A stretch of 64,000 nt of DNA, taken from assembly GCA_002633005.1 (NCBI GenBank), contig NMRA01000253.1, positions 11,251-75,250 of the forward strand. The letters run 5' to 3'. Below are positions 22,901-34,868 of this stretch, piece after piece. A model generated the notes under the pieces. It was not told the origin of the DNA and searched no databases. It saw only the letters and a program-made list of their open reading frames with translations. How positions within the stretch are numbered: position 1 is the first letter of the stretch; every line of letters starts with the position of its first letter. The position numbers were made by a program, and so were the translations under genes. This DNA comes from Phoronis australis. Taxonomy: Eukaryota; Animalia; Phoronida.

Positions 22901-25900
22901 TCTCACCTCACACCTAATTATGAATATTTATTATTAACCTGTTGTTATGGGTTTTGCAGTTTGCAGGAGTTGTTTTTGTTTAGAAAATCGTAATGGCCAA
23001 CACTTGTACTAACAGGCTTCAACATAAACAGTACAGGGCAAAAGTATTCAGCAGGGCTTGGAACTTTCCGCGGAAACGCGGATTTCCGCTTTTTTCAAAT
23101 GTGCTTTCCGCTTTTTTTATAATATTTCCGCGTAAAAAAATCAGATTTGATATAAAATTTCCACGGCAAATTCCTTTCTTACTGCGGCGTTGCAGACGAC
23201 GTTCACCTCGAAAAGCGAAAGTTGCGGAGGAACGTAAATTGTCAACATTGCCGGGGCATCTGGGACAGCGTGGTANTTGTTTTATTTACCCTTTCAAAGG
23301 TCAAATCTTTCTGACCCTAGTTCATTGTTTTCAGCTGAGATAATGCCCCGCCAGTTGAACTGTTGCAGTGCTGCTGCATCAGGGGATTTCTGTGGTAATA
23401 TAAATGATTCACTTCTATGTGATGACAAGTGCATATAAACCATTACTATCTCCCCGTTTAGCTAAACACTGTTGCTGTCCCTGTATCTTTTCTAGGTTTT
23501 GCACACTTAAAAAAACTTTTACTTTTTTCAAACTCCTGGGATTCTCAAGAAAGACAATGAACAATCGCACATTTACATCAGTTGTACTGTTTTTCTAGCT
23601 ACCCATTTCTTGCAAGTCAAAGTATCGTCTTGCATTGGTACATTAAAACTTTCAAAACATTTAGTCTTTAGAGCTCTTTGGCAAAACTTAAGGGAATGTA
23701 GCGCAATGCTCAAATGAAGCTTTCAAAAATCTTATCTTATGGAGAATAAAAACTGTGCTGCCTGCATTTTTGTTTATATAGTTTTGCTTTTTTGAACATT
23801 GGTGACATACAGGGTTCCAGATTTTGGGAATCATTCTTGTGCCCATTTTTCAGAAAACTGGTTCTCAAAATGGGGGACCCTTATAGGTGACTATTACTGC
23901 ATTCCAGTGCTGGATACCTTAGCATAGAGTCACTGGCTAGCTACTGTTCTTGATACATCACAAACCAACTCTCCATCTCACCTCACACCTAATTATGAAT
24001 ATTCATTGTTAACCTGTTGTAACATGGCTTTTGCAGTTTGCAGGAGTTGTTTTTGTTTAGAAAATCGTAATGGCCAACACTTGTACTAACAGGCTTCAAC
24101 ATAAACAGTACAGGGCAAAAGTGTTCTGACAAAGTATCCTGTGTTTGTCATCACGGTTATTTATGTTTACAACAAAAATTACCGGTAATGGTGGTAAAAT
24201 TCGAACTCCTCGTAACTCCCTTTCATTGTTGGTTATGAGCGAAGGCTATTCTGACGATAGAGCCGGATTCTGCTCAGTTTCCGTGACGAGGAATTCTGCG
24301 TCATTTTGTCGAATACATTTGGCCTGTACTGTTACAGCTTTCATACAATACTCTCTTTGTCTTTTGTTTGTAGTGGTTGGATGGTACGAGTTCATCAAAT
24401 TCCAAATGAGGGTGGAACAGACGAGAGTTTTGTGTTACCGGTGTTTGCATTTGTTTTCACGAAATTTAAGAAAATGCCAAATTTCACACCTGTAAGTATC
24501 AGTTTTATTATGTTAAACTTTTCTCTGGGAAATTGACTGCTTGGTCTGATGTAAGGGGACCCTTTTCAAGATATCTAGTAGGTAAGATTTTTGGGAGAAT
24601 TAACTGGAATCTAGTTGGGGCAGCTGATTTTTGGGTGAAATGGGTGACTTCAAAACTCTTTTAAGAATTCACTGTGTTGGTCAGGGTTAAGGTCAACATT
24701 TGACCACTTTAATCTTAAACGGTTGCTGTACTTTCACCATTCAAAGCAACTTTGTAGTACAAAACAATTCAAAGTTGCAGGCATATTTTACATTTGAAGT
24801 AGCTGACGTAAATTCAAGTTGTTGTGCTCTGAATCTAGATCGGTCGTTTTGTTGCTAAATGGCCTGTCCTGACTTTGAAAATGTTTGTTTTATAAGCGCC
24901 TATGGTCCACCTTCATTTTCAAGATTCCCCATTTGAACGCCCGGGTTTCTAGTTTGGACAAGAAGTCAAATACATTGACTTATAACACGTCACCTAGTCG
25001 ATGTGTCGCACTCACCCAGTGCCTCTGTGTATTAAGATTACATTACGTTGTTTGATTTGTTTACGTTGAAAAGAGTTGCGAGACTTTGATTGTTTTTTGC
25101 TGGAGCAATACCAATTTGGCTTTGTTTGGTACTTGATTAAACAGATCATAATATTGGTTTTTGCCAAACTAGAAATGTCATTCTTGCTGCTCCGTGGCAT
25201 CATTTTTCTTTTCAGCTTCCTACTTCAATTTAATATTATAATTATTTCATGTCTTCAGCTAAGTTTAATGGCCTAGGCCCTGAATTGTATGATTTGTATA
25301 ATTCAGATTAGTGACCTCAGCCCTGATGATGTGTTGAATTGTGTGATTTGTTTAATTCAGATCGATGGCCTCTGCCTTTTTAATGCATTGCATTGTATGA
25401 GTTGTGTAATTCATATTAGTGGCTACTGCCCTGATATTGTGTTTAATTGTGTGATTTTTGTAACTTAGATTGTTGAGCTCTCTTTAGTCGATGACAAGCT
25501 AGAACGACTTGCTGGCATCGACAGTCTGATAGAAGCCATACTGAGTCTGCAGCAGTTTGCTCTGATCAGGAATAACGTTAACAAGAGGTGAGTCGTTAGG
25601 CTATCTGTATTGTGTGTAATCATGACCTCGACAAACATGGTGAATAAAGCTCAGCTGACCAATGCAGTAAGTCTTTGGCACGGAATATGGCTGACAAAGG
25701 AAATTCTATTTTGTCGAATGTCTAACACAAAAATAAAGGTCAACAAAATTTTAGTTTATTCACTACGTGTATAAATTCACCGTCATGCTTGAAGACAAGG
25801 TGTCCTAACTACAAACGGTTCTGCGTGTTTGGAAGTCGTGCGCTTTCAGGTTTGCGTTGTTAAAGCGGATGCTAATACAAGATGTTGTGTCCTAAAGAAC

Positions 25901-28900
25901 TATGCACAACAATCATGTTTTGCATCACCATCAAAGCACGCAAGAAGTGGATTACTAGCATGTTTTGTACTGTTTGGATGTCTTAAAACAACGTTTGCAA
26001 AATTTTCCGTCATCTGCAATGAAAAATGGCAATTTTGAAAATTATTTTTGTAATGAAATAAGCGGAGAATTATGATACCATTCAATTTTTCCACGTTGGT
26101 GCAATTTTTCGGTTATGATGCGCACAAAACCAGAAAATGGAGCTTTTACTTACCCCATGGTGTTATTTTCATTTTGCCGGTTCCCACTGGACGGTTGGAC
26201 ATTCCAAAGTCCCGTAGGTACTTTGAAGTATGTTTGATTTGAGAGATACTGGTTTCCGTTTCAGCACTAATACTAGTGAACAAGTGTGTGTTGAGCTGCA
26301 CGAGGCTGGCAATACATCCCCAAGATTCACGCTACACATTGTGGACGGACCGCGGCAATCAAAACCGCACAAGAAATATGCGGTGTTCATCGTACCAGAG
26401 GGGAGGTAATCTGACACTTTGTCTTCATGCAGAGGTGAAGGAGCCAAGGAACTCCCTGATTGTAGCGTGACTATAATTCTTTGTTTTGTCCTAGAAGCGA
26501 GTTTAGACATGACCACTGACTGGTTTAAAAGTGGTTTCCTCTTTTTCGTTCTTTGGGTGAGAATTGATTTCTGGGTTAGCGAAGAACTAGCCTTTTGGCA
26601 CATTAACTGGTGTGTAAATCTGCAGAGCCTGAGCTCAGTTTTACTAATGAAATGTTTTGAGACCAATTTCACAAAAGTTAAGTGGTATAAAACAAAGGTT
26701 GATTTTGTGATAGAAAACTGATTTATACCCACTGTGACTATGTGTTCAATAAACCACACTTTCTTGCTGAATTTTTCTTTAATTTACTTGTAATTGAAAC
26801 TTTGTTCTCTACTCTAGGGAGACAGATTTCCTGTTCAGCACTGACAAAGGCCGCCGCCAGCTTTACAACGAGGTCAACTTTGAGCGACTAGCGGTCGTGA
26901 CACTAAACAGAGGTCATGTCTATGAGAGTCTTGATTCCATAAAGAGTGAGCTGTCATCAAAGGTGCTGGAGTTGTCTCCCCCCGGACTACCCAGTAATGT
27001 TCAAGTAGGTTGGTGTGTGTTGCGACTTAAGTGTGACACTTTAACAAAATGGTCACGATAACACTGGTAGCGCTCTTTGTTGTCACTGCTATGGTTGAAA
27101 GGACAATTTCATGTCACCATCTGCACAGTTGTGATTTAATTATGTTTTTGAAATGTCATTTTCCTATCTGCCCTTGGGCCTCTATTTAGAAATTCCTAAT
27201 ACGTCCTAAATTAGTAAAAATTTAGTTCCGTAAGTGTGAACCTCTGAAATGTTGTGGTTCCTGGTGTTTTGACTGAATAGGTTTGCTGATTGCTTCTTCG
27301 CTTTGATTCATCTAAGTCTGTCTATGCTAGTGCAAAAGCGGATTTAAAGGGCGGTAAGCGAATCTTCCGGAGTTGACAAATTTGAATTTTTCCATGCCCC
27401 AAAAACATTTTGCCTTTCTACGAGTCTGATAATTATGTAGAAAAGAACAACTCGTTGAAAACCAGTTTGATGTGTGTTATTCAATAGACAAAACTGGTTC
27501 TCAAAATGAGGGACCCCTGTAAGTGACTGTTACTCGATTAATGTTTAGGGTGGTGAAATTATCTGATATTAGGATGGAATATGCCGGAAATCATTACTCG
27601 TTAAACTTTTTGATTTATGATATGCAGGTCCCATTTCTCTCCATCGGCGAAGATATCGGAAAGAGGACTGTCCGTTTCCAAAGTCATAGTGAGTTCAGCG
27701 GTGACTTTGTCGTGGAGGATGTAGAGATTGAAGGTGACGGCTGCTATCGCAAGCTCATCTTTTTACAACAAAAGAGCGTCGTGCAATCGGAGGCTAAGCT
27801 TGTGCCAGGTAGTAATCTCTGAGGGTAAACCCTACAGAACTGAGATTTTTTAAGGTATGATAAACATTGCGACAAAATTGGAAGAAAATGGCTTATTGGA
27901 GAATTGACTAAATTTTAGCTATCGGGCAGTATTGAATCTTTAACTGGAAGGCTGAAGGCAGAACATGTTATTGAAATGAACATTTGACAAAATGTTTTGA
28001 TTTCCAGCTTTAGGACTTCATCCAAACTAAGGGCTGTTCCAGCAAAATCTGTGTGGGAGGGGGGGGAAGGCAACTGAAATAAAAATTTATGGGTGGTTGC
28101 GTTTGGTTTAAATTCAAAATGGCTGGTGGTCGTACTTCAAAAAAATAATAATTTACAGGTCGTTGTTGTTTCATTGGGCCATAAATGTTTGATGGTGGGT
28201 AATTTTAGTAAATTTTATAAACAATCCGTACAGAACCAAAAACGGAAACAAAAATGCAACTTGCAAAAAGCTCTGACTTTTTCACTCCCTCCGATCTCCC
28301 CATCAGCATGCCCATAACACCAGTCAACCACAGGCGCTCAAATTTCTCGATGGCTAATAACCATATATAAGAAACATATGTTTTCTTAGTAATGAATGAC
28401 GTTAGTGGTGATGGAGGAACAGATAAACTCAAGCGCCTGTGCAGTCAACCACAAGAACAAAAAAAAATTACGGGTGGTTGCATTTCAAACTTATAAAAAA
28501 TTACGGGTGGTAGGCTGAAGAAATAAATGAAAAATATGGGTGGTGGGTGTGAAAAAAAGGTGCCTTCCCCCCCCCTCCCATACAGATTTTACTGGAACAG
28601 CCCTAAGGTAAAGGCACCTGACAAATTCTAATTGTTTGTGTTCTAATGAGTTTATTTGGCGAGCATTCGTAAATTAGCTAGATTATATAATTGTTTCAAC
28701 CTATGGTTGGACCTGCTTTAAGCTGCTATAAGGCCATATTCTATTAAGAACAAAATTGATTTCATCCACTTGCCGCCATAAACTTTGTCACTCTGAACAT
28801 TTTCCACACTAAGATTTGTAGCGATTTCTGGTCATAGGGAGATCTGACAGCTTGATATTGTCTGACACCTGGTGGCAGTTTATGACACGTGCGATGATGT

Positions 28901-31900
28901 GTTGACTCGATTTTATGAAGGTCCGTCTAGGTCAGGGGTTGTAAATGATTCTATGATAGTGCCTCTAAATTCAATTGTGCTCGCTTAAGCCCTGGACCAG
29001 CTGAGGCTAAAAGCGTGCAACAAACCACACATCTGCAGTCCTGAACTCAACACAGATGGCGCTAAAAGTACTTCATACATGGTTACCATACTTCTCACCC
29101 TGACTGGACCTCGAAACTGGAGTTTGGTCACAAGGTGTTAAGTTTGGTCTGCGTCAATGGAGCATTTTTGGGGCATGTGTGAAGTTAAAGGTCTTTGGAT
29201 CTGTACCGTAAGTTTAGTGTCGGGTGGTCCAGGACTGACTTAAAGAGGGTCGTAATTAAAATTTAGAGGTGCAGCTGTGGATTGCCTCCACCACCTGCAG
29301 ATGACCTCCCTGATTTCTTGTAATGAACGCATGTCATGTGACCTGTTCTCCGCTCATGCTCTTGTACAATAGTTTTTTAAAGAATAGTCAATGAATTTTG
29401 TCAAAAATATTTAGCTTCATCAAATTCATGGTAAAATACATAAGTAAACTAGTTGAAACATTACACTAAATTATGTTTTTGTGTTTGCACGAAAGTTATA
29501 CACTGGACAGCTTCTGTACAGGGACAGTGGTTTATCACAGGTCACCTTGGTATTGTTCAGCAAATGACCTTTGACCTCAACAACAATCAAACTCGTCAAA
29601 CCAAGACCAGAAATTTTTGCTGACATTTTTGACGAGGAGGAATTTCGTTAACTTATTCTTGAAACAACTGAACAATCATGTCATGTGGATCAGTAATAAC
29701 CAGTAGGTTTTCTTTCACTGCATACGAACATGAATTTTACTTCTTTTTTTTGAATAATGTGTGTGTGTGTGTGTTATCATAACCTCGGCTGACTTTTATT
29801 ATTGTTTACAGTGAAGAAGAAGGGTAAAGTGACGGGTGAAATGAAAGTTGACCTCACGACCTCCTGCTCAGAATATCAGCTAGCACTGCAGGCTGGCCTG
29901 GCATTTGTTGACAATTTCCAGCAAGTTATTGGTGAGACATTCCATAATTTGCAAAGGCTCCATTGATTTGTTTGTCTAAAAGCATCAGCTTGTGATTCTA
30001 CAATGAAACTGGTCTTGATGAGTTTCATACAAAGTGATTTCCAGAATTCACAACAAGGGACCTTAGTACTGAAGTCAATGAATTCGCCAGCTTAGATGAC
30101 CGTGGTACAGCAATAGTGACGCTTGCTTGTTAGGGTTGGAATAGGTTGGTTTCCTGCCAAAACACCAGGTGGAGTTTCTAAAATACGTGTGGCTTCAGAT
30201 ATGACTGTGAAGGTATACAGTAACTCATGATTTCTATGTAGGGGTTGCCACGGAGACTCAACCAGGAGAGTGGAAGTGAGCAAACTGTTATAGACTGGAA
30301 CGGTGATGACTGCAAAAAGTTGAGCCTACGTAAATGAGTTTTGAGACGGAAAAAATTAAGTGGTTCAAAATTTCTGAATCAACTGAGTTGGTCCTGAATG
30401 CTATGTAGGACATTTCACAAATATTTTGTTGAATGGGCGGCAATGAGGTTCCCCCCTCCCCAAGCTGTCCATGAAATGTTTGAGCGTCACCTGTGGGTCA
30501 AAATATTTGTGAATCGTATCATTCTGGGCTTCTGCATATTTGGAGAAACACGTGTTCTCATTGCACATTTTTTGTTGTATATGGTTGAGTTAGCATTGTT
30601 TTCTCAGTTTCATTTTCCTGTTTTTCAGACAAAAATCTAAAGGTGCTCATCATAGGTCTGGGTGGTGGAGACCTGACTAGACACATACACACTTGCTTCA
30701 AACATGTGAGTTGTCACTCACCTGCTCGTCTTGGCAGAATAAGTTGGCTCGTCACAAAAGGTTGATTTATGGGCCGAGCATGGTCTCAAACACTGACAAA
30801 TTTGTATTTTGTCTGAATCGTATTGCGTGAATCAGGNCATACTTCTCACCCTGTCTGGCCCTTGAAACTGGAGTTTGGTCACAAGGTGTTAAGTTTGGTC
30901 TGCGTCAATGGAGCATTTTTGGGGCATGTGTGAAGTTAAAGGTCTTTGGATCTGTACCGTAAGTGTAGTGTCGGGTGGTCCAAGACTGATTTAAAGAGGG
31001 TCGTAATTAAAATTTTGAGATGAAGCTGTGGAGTGTCTCCACCACCTGCAGACGACCTCCCTGATTTCTTGTAACGAACGCACGTCATGTTACCTGTTCT
31101 CCGCTCATGCTCTTGTACAATAGTTTTTTTAAAGAACAGTCAATGAATTTTGTCAAAAATATTTAGCTTCATCAAATTTATGGTAAAATACGAAAGTAAA
31201 CTAGTTGAAACATTACACTAAATTATCTTTTTGCGTTTGCATGAAAGTTATACACTGGACAGCTTCTGTACAGTGACAGTGGTTTATCACAGGTCACCTT
31301 AGTATTGTTCAGCAAATGACCTTTGACCTCAACAACAATCAAACTCGTCAAACCAAGACCAGAAATTTTTGCTGAGATTTTTGACGAGGAGGAATTTTGT
31401 TAACTTATTCTTGAAACGACTGAACAATCATGTCATGTGGATCAGTAATAACCAGTAGGTTTTCTTTCACTGCATACGAACATGAATTTTACTTTATGTT
31501 GAATAATGTGTGTGTGTGTGTTATCACAACCTTGGCTGACTTTTATTATTGTTTACAGTGAAGAAGAAGGGTAAAATGACGGGTGAAATGAAGGTTGACC
31601 TCACGACCTCCTGCTCAGAATATCAGCTAGCACTGCAGGCTGGCCTGGCATTTGTTGACAATTTCCAGCAAGTTATTGGTGAGACATTCCATAATTTGCA
31701 AAGGCTCCATTGATTTGTTTGTCTAAAAGCATCAGCTTGTGATTCTACAATGAAACTGGTCTTGATGAGTTTCATACAAAGTGATTTCCAGAATTCACAA
31801 CAAGGGACCTTAGTACTGAAGTCAATGAATTCGCCAGCTTAGATGACCGTGGTACAGCAATAGTGACGCTTGCTTGTTAGGGTTGGAATAGGTTGGTTTC

Positions 31901-34334
31901 CTGCCAAAACACCAGGTGGAGTTTCTAAAATACGTGTGGCTTCAGATATGACTGTGAAGGTATACAGTAACTCATGATTTCTATGTAGGGGTTGCCACGG
32001 AGACTCAACCAGGAGAGTGGAAGTGAGCAAACTGTTATAGACTGGAACGGTGATGACTGCAAAAAGTTGCGCCTACGTAAATGAGTTTTGAGACGGAAAA
32101 AATTAAGTGGTTCAAAATTTCTGAATCAACTGAGTTGGTCCTGAATGCTATGTAGGACATTTCACAAATATTTTGTTGAATGGGCGGCAATGAGGTTCCC
32201 CCCTCCCCAAGCTGTCCATGAAATGTTTGAGCGTCACCTGTGGGTCAAAATATTTGTGAATCGTATCATTCTGGGCTTCTGCATATTTGGAGAAACACGT
32301 GTTCTCATTGCACATTTTTTGTTGTATATGGTTGAGTTAGCATTGTTTTCTCAGTTTCATTTTCCTGTTTTTCAGACAAAAATCTAAAGGTGCTCATCAT
32401 AGGTCTGGGTGGTGGAGACCTGACTAGACACATACACACTTGCTTCAAACATGTGAGTTGTCACTCACCTGCTCGTCTTGGCAGAATAAGTTGGCTCGTC
32501 ACAAAAGGTTGATTTATGGGCCGAGCATGGTCTCAAACACTGACAAATTTGTATTTTGTCTGAATCGTATTGCGTGAATCAGGTGTGTGTGTGTGTGTTG
32601 TGTGTGCGTGTTGTGTGTGCGTGTGCGTGTGTACCTCTTTACTGCTGCTCTTGTGTTGTCTTTATTTTCTCTGTGAATTTTTTTGATCTTCACCAAGAAG
32701 ACCTCATCATTGCAGGTTTCACAGGATGTGGTGGAGTTAGATCCTGCCATTGTTTCCGTGGCAACAGATTGGTTTGATGTGAAGGAGGATGAAAGGTTGA
32801 AAATATACACTGAGGATGGCTTGGCATTTGTCAAGAGGAAGGCAGACAATGGTATTTTGTACCTTTGTTTGAAAACAACATGTTTTTTTCAAAAGATCTA
32901 GTTAGCGTTTTGATCATATGAGAACATGCTTAAGTTTCACTTATAAAACGATAGTACCTAACTCAAAGGTTATGTGAGATGCTACAAAAATTCCCAAATT
33001 TGGCTTATGGGTCATAATCAGATGATTAGTGCAATGGGCCTAACCTTGTGGCCTAAGCACGCCTGGTACACTGCAAAACGAATCAGACCTCCTGCCTACT
33101 TTTTTTAAAGGGGCAATGAATACCGGACTTGCCTTCTGTAAAAAAAACAACTTTTGCATTAAGCAACATACTTAGTAAAGATGAATAGTAGTTTATTTTT
33201 TCACCACCAGTAAGAACATTATTTAGCCTTGACAGTTTTGGCTCCTGTCAGCAGCCATCCTCCGAAGTTACTGGACACTAGGTGGCATCTCTTCTTGTTC
33301 CTTACTCAGATTAGCAAGGATTTAGGAGCTTCAAAGGAACTGATCAGTCATTATTGCTTCAAACCGTTAAGTTACTTCTCATTGTCAGTTACTTTTAAAT
33401 TAACTAATTTTAATTTTTAAGAGTAAATGTGAAGGCAGTTGTTTTTAATACCTGACCATGGATTTTCATGGCTTTTAACTTGTATTTTGAACTCATGACT
33501 TCTGAATTACAATCGGTCCTGTCTTCCATGTTCCAGGAGACCTCTACCATGCCATCATGGTTGATGTGGCCTCGTCAGAGCTGCAAGCTGATTGGCCAGT
33601 GATACCGCCGCAGGAATTCCTGGAGGAGAGTTTCCTGGAGGCAGCATTGAAGTGTTTGGAGCCTGGAGGTCAGTGACACCTACAGTCAAAGAACCAAACT
33701 ATGCAAAAAAGAATATTTTTTTTGAAAGATTCGATAGTATTTGTGAAAGTATAGCAGACAATTTTGATACTATATGAAATGTACAGGGAACGTGTAGCAT
33801 TTTAACACTGGGTATTTTTCAGTACAGAATGAGATTTTCTTGGCTTTTGATAAAACGACAAAGTGCAGATGTGAAGAAAAAGTTCTCTGTATGAATCATC
33901 ATCCTTTTCATTTGGTTGGTAATTAGACATTTCAGATGTAGACCTGCTGTACACGTGGAATGTCTGAGTTCCAAGATTTGGAGTGTGGTATATCCATGTT
34001 TTTCTTTGACTCGTTTCTTGTTTTTTATTTATTAGGTATATTCATGCTCAACCTGGTCACCAGAGACAGCAGCTTCCGTGGGAAAATAATGGCTTCCCTC
34101 AACAAAATATTCGGGAAAGTGTTTGTGCGAACTACGAAAGAGGATGTCAACGAGGCAGTAATCTGTATTCCAGATACTCACCAGGGTGAATGCAGTTTGC
34201 ATGCGAACGGACAATTAACTGAACATGTGAACACAGCTTTGAAGTATCTAAGTGACTGTGCTAAAACGCAGACAAAATCAAAGGATAAGGCTCGTGAATT
34301 GCTAAAGGCGCTGAGTGATCTAACCCTGAGCTGA
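16994..34334 (+). CDS. METTL13: eEF1A lysine and N-terminal methyltransferase (METTL13/EEF1AKNMT), about 679 aa, 13 coding exons
   Basis: Exons with GT-AG boundaries and consistent phases: 16994-17085 ([31 protein letters not shown]), 18126-18354 ([22 protein letters not shown]), 20165-20373 ([22 protein letters not shown]), 24374-24491 (GWMVRVH), 25469-25587, 26265-26405 (AVFIVPEGR), 26818-27004 ([15 protein letters not shown]), 27628-27808 ([24 protein letters not shown]), 29812-29931 (or copy 31559-31678), 30629-30705 (or copy 32376-32452; VLIIGLGGG), 32716-32851 ([12 protein letters not shown]), 33537-33668, 34036-34334 ([11 protein letters not shown]). These sum to 2040 nt. Two class I SAM-methyltransferase domains, as in known METTL13. 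Confidence 0.95.
19170..19300 (+). mobile_element. Old SINE-like fragment
   Basis: Contains TGTGTCCTTGAGCAAGGCACTT, a central motif common to widespread metazoan tRNA-derived SINEs; the head is too decayed to confirm A/B boxes. Confidence 0.35.
20819..21115 (+). pseudogene. KolX-like (P2X7 C-terminal Zn-coordinating domain-like) gene, 5' fragment
   Basis: MAGVGDP..., then frameshift into [28 protein letters not shown], the Y.FEP / WC.C..C..M....EC.CC.E signature; truncated where it meets the antisense transposase fragment. Confidence 0.75.
21115..21907 (-). pseudogene. Kolobok transposase N-terminal fragment (THAP domain plus CxxC..C..GH..W zinc finger); no DDE domain
   Basis: ATG 21907: [28 protein letters not shown] (THAP C2CH, in-frame TAG at 21841-21839); acidic linker; then [24 protein letters not shown] in another frame. 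Confidence 0.8.
22197..24128. repeat. About 850-bp direct duplication (22197-23051 vs 23277-24128) across an N join; probable uncollapsed haplotypes
   Basis: Copies differ only by scattered SNPs and small indels; the second starts immediately after the N at 23276. Confidence 0.8.
23052..23275 (+). mobile_element. One end of a CAGGG-terminated (hAT-like) element present in only one of two duplicated copies
   Basis: Begins CAGGGCTTGGAACTTTCCGCGGAAACGCGG exactly where copy 1 leaves the alignment with copy 2; runs to the N at 23276. Confidence 0.5.
25282..25482 (+). repeat. 54-bp minisatellite (about 3.7 units) overlapping the METTL13 exon 5 acceptor
   Basis: Unit ~GAATTGTRTGATTTGTDTAATTCAGATTAGTGGCCTCTGCCCTGATRATGTGTT; equivalent positions at 25306, 25360, 25414 and 25468 are exactly 54 bp apart. 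Confidence 0.8.
28031..28603. mobile_element. MITE with TAA TSD (PIF/Harbinger-like)
   Basis: About 42-bp TIR GGGCTGTTCCAGCAAAATCTGTGTGGGAGGGGGGGGAAGGCA / TGCCTTCCCC..CCCATACAGATTTTACTGGAACAGCCC; TAA at 28028-28030 and 28604-28606. Confidence 0.8.
29087..32583. repeat. About 1.75-kb direct duplication containing METTL13 exons 9-10, across an N join; probable uncollapsed haplotypes
   Basis: 29087-30836 vs 30838-32583 with N at 30837; copy 1 stops exactly where a (TG)n tract starts after copy 2. Confidence 0.85.
32584..32632. repeat. Imperfect (TG)n microsatellite
   Basis: tgtgtgtgtgtgtgttgtgtgtgcgtgttgtgtgtgcgtgtgcgtgtgt. Confidence 0.9.
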
Positions 34335-34786
34335 CGTGTGATTGGTTACTCTATTGTACAAAAGAGATACTTGTGTTAAAATTGTGAAGACCAGCTGTAG
34401 TCGTTTTCAAATATATTTGAGAAGATTGCACTGAAAATTGTATTAAATATTGAAGCAAAAGTTTTCATGAGTTTTCTTGAATTTCCAATTGTCATTCATA
34501 GTTTTATCAACACTCTGTTACTTTATATAGTCATTGACAAAATTAATTTTCCTGGTTTTTTTCAAAAGCTCTCTGGCACTAGGGTGGACTCATTGGGGTG
34601 TGATAAAGGGAATTCAAATTTGTTCTCGTTTTGTTGAGAATGGCACGAGTTTCCCACCAATGACACAGCTATACCCAGTCCTTGGGTGCGTAAAGTTGTT
34701 GGGGGCATCTGAGTGCAGTAATCGGAAAAAAACATTCCGTCTTTCTCTCCCCATGGCGTGTGTACGTATTAGGGTAATGACCACAT

Positions 34787-34868
34787 ACAGGGGTCCCGCA
34801 TTTTGAGGACCAGTTTTCTCCACTGAATTGTGAGTATCAAACTGGTTCTCAAAATCCAGATTCCCTGT
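34787..34868. repeat. Mini hairpin element (CAGGGGTCCC..AAACTGGTTCTCAAAAT family); related pieces at about 22733-22812, 23809-23886 and 27491-27521
   Basis: Palindromic arms CAGGGGTCCCGCATTTTGAGGACCAGTTT / AAACTGGTTCTCAAAATCCAGATTCCCTG between TA dinucleotides. Confidence 0.5.

Noticed and set aside
25282-25482. CRISPR-like regularly spaced repeats
   Set aside because: Whole 54-bp units are homologous with no unique spacers, the context is a eukaryotic intron and there are no cas genes.
26169-26759. 196-aa minus-strand ORF
   Set aside because: Antisense to METTL13 exon 6 and intron sequence; non-ATG start; no domain features.
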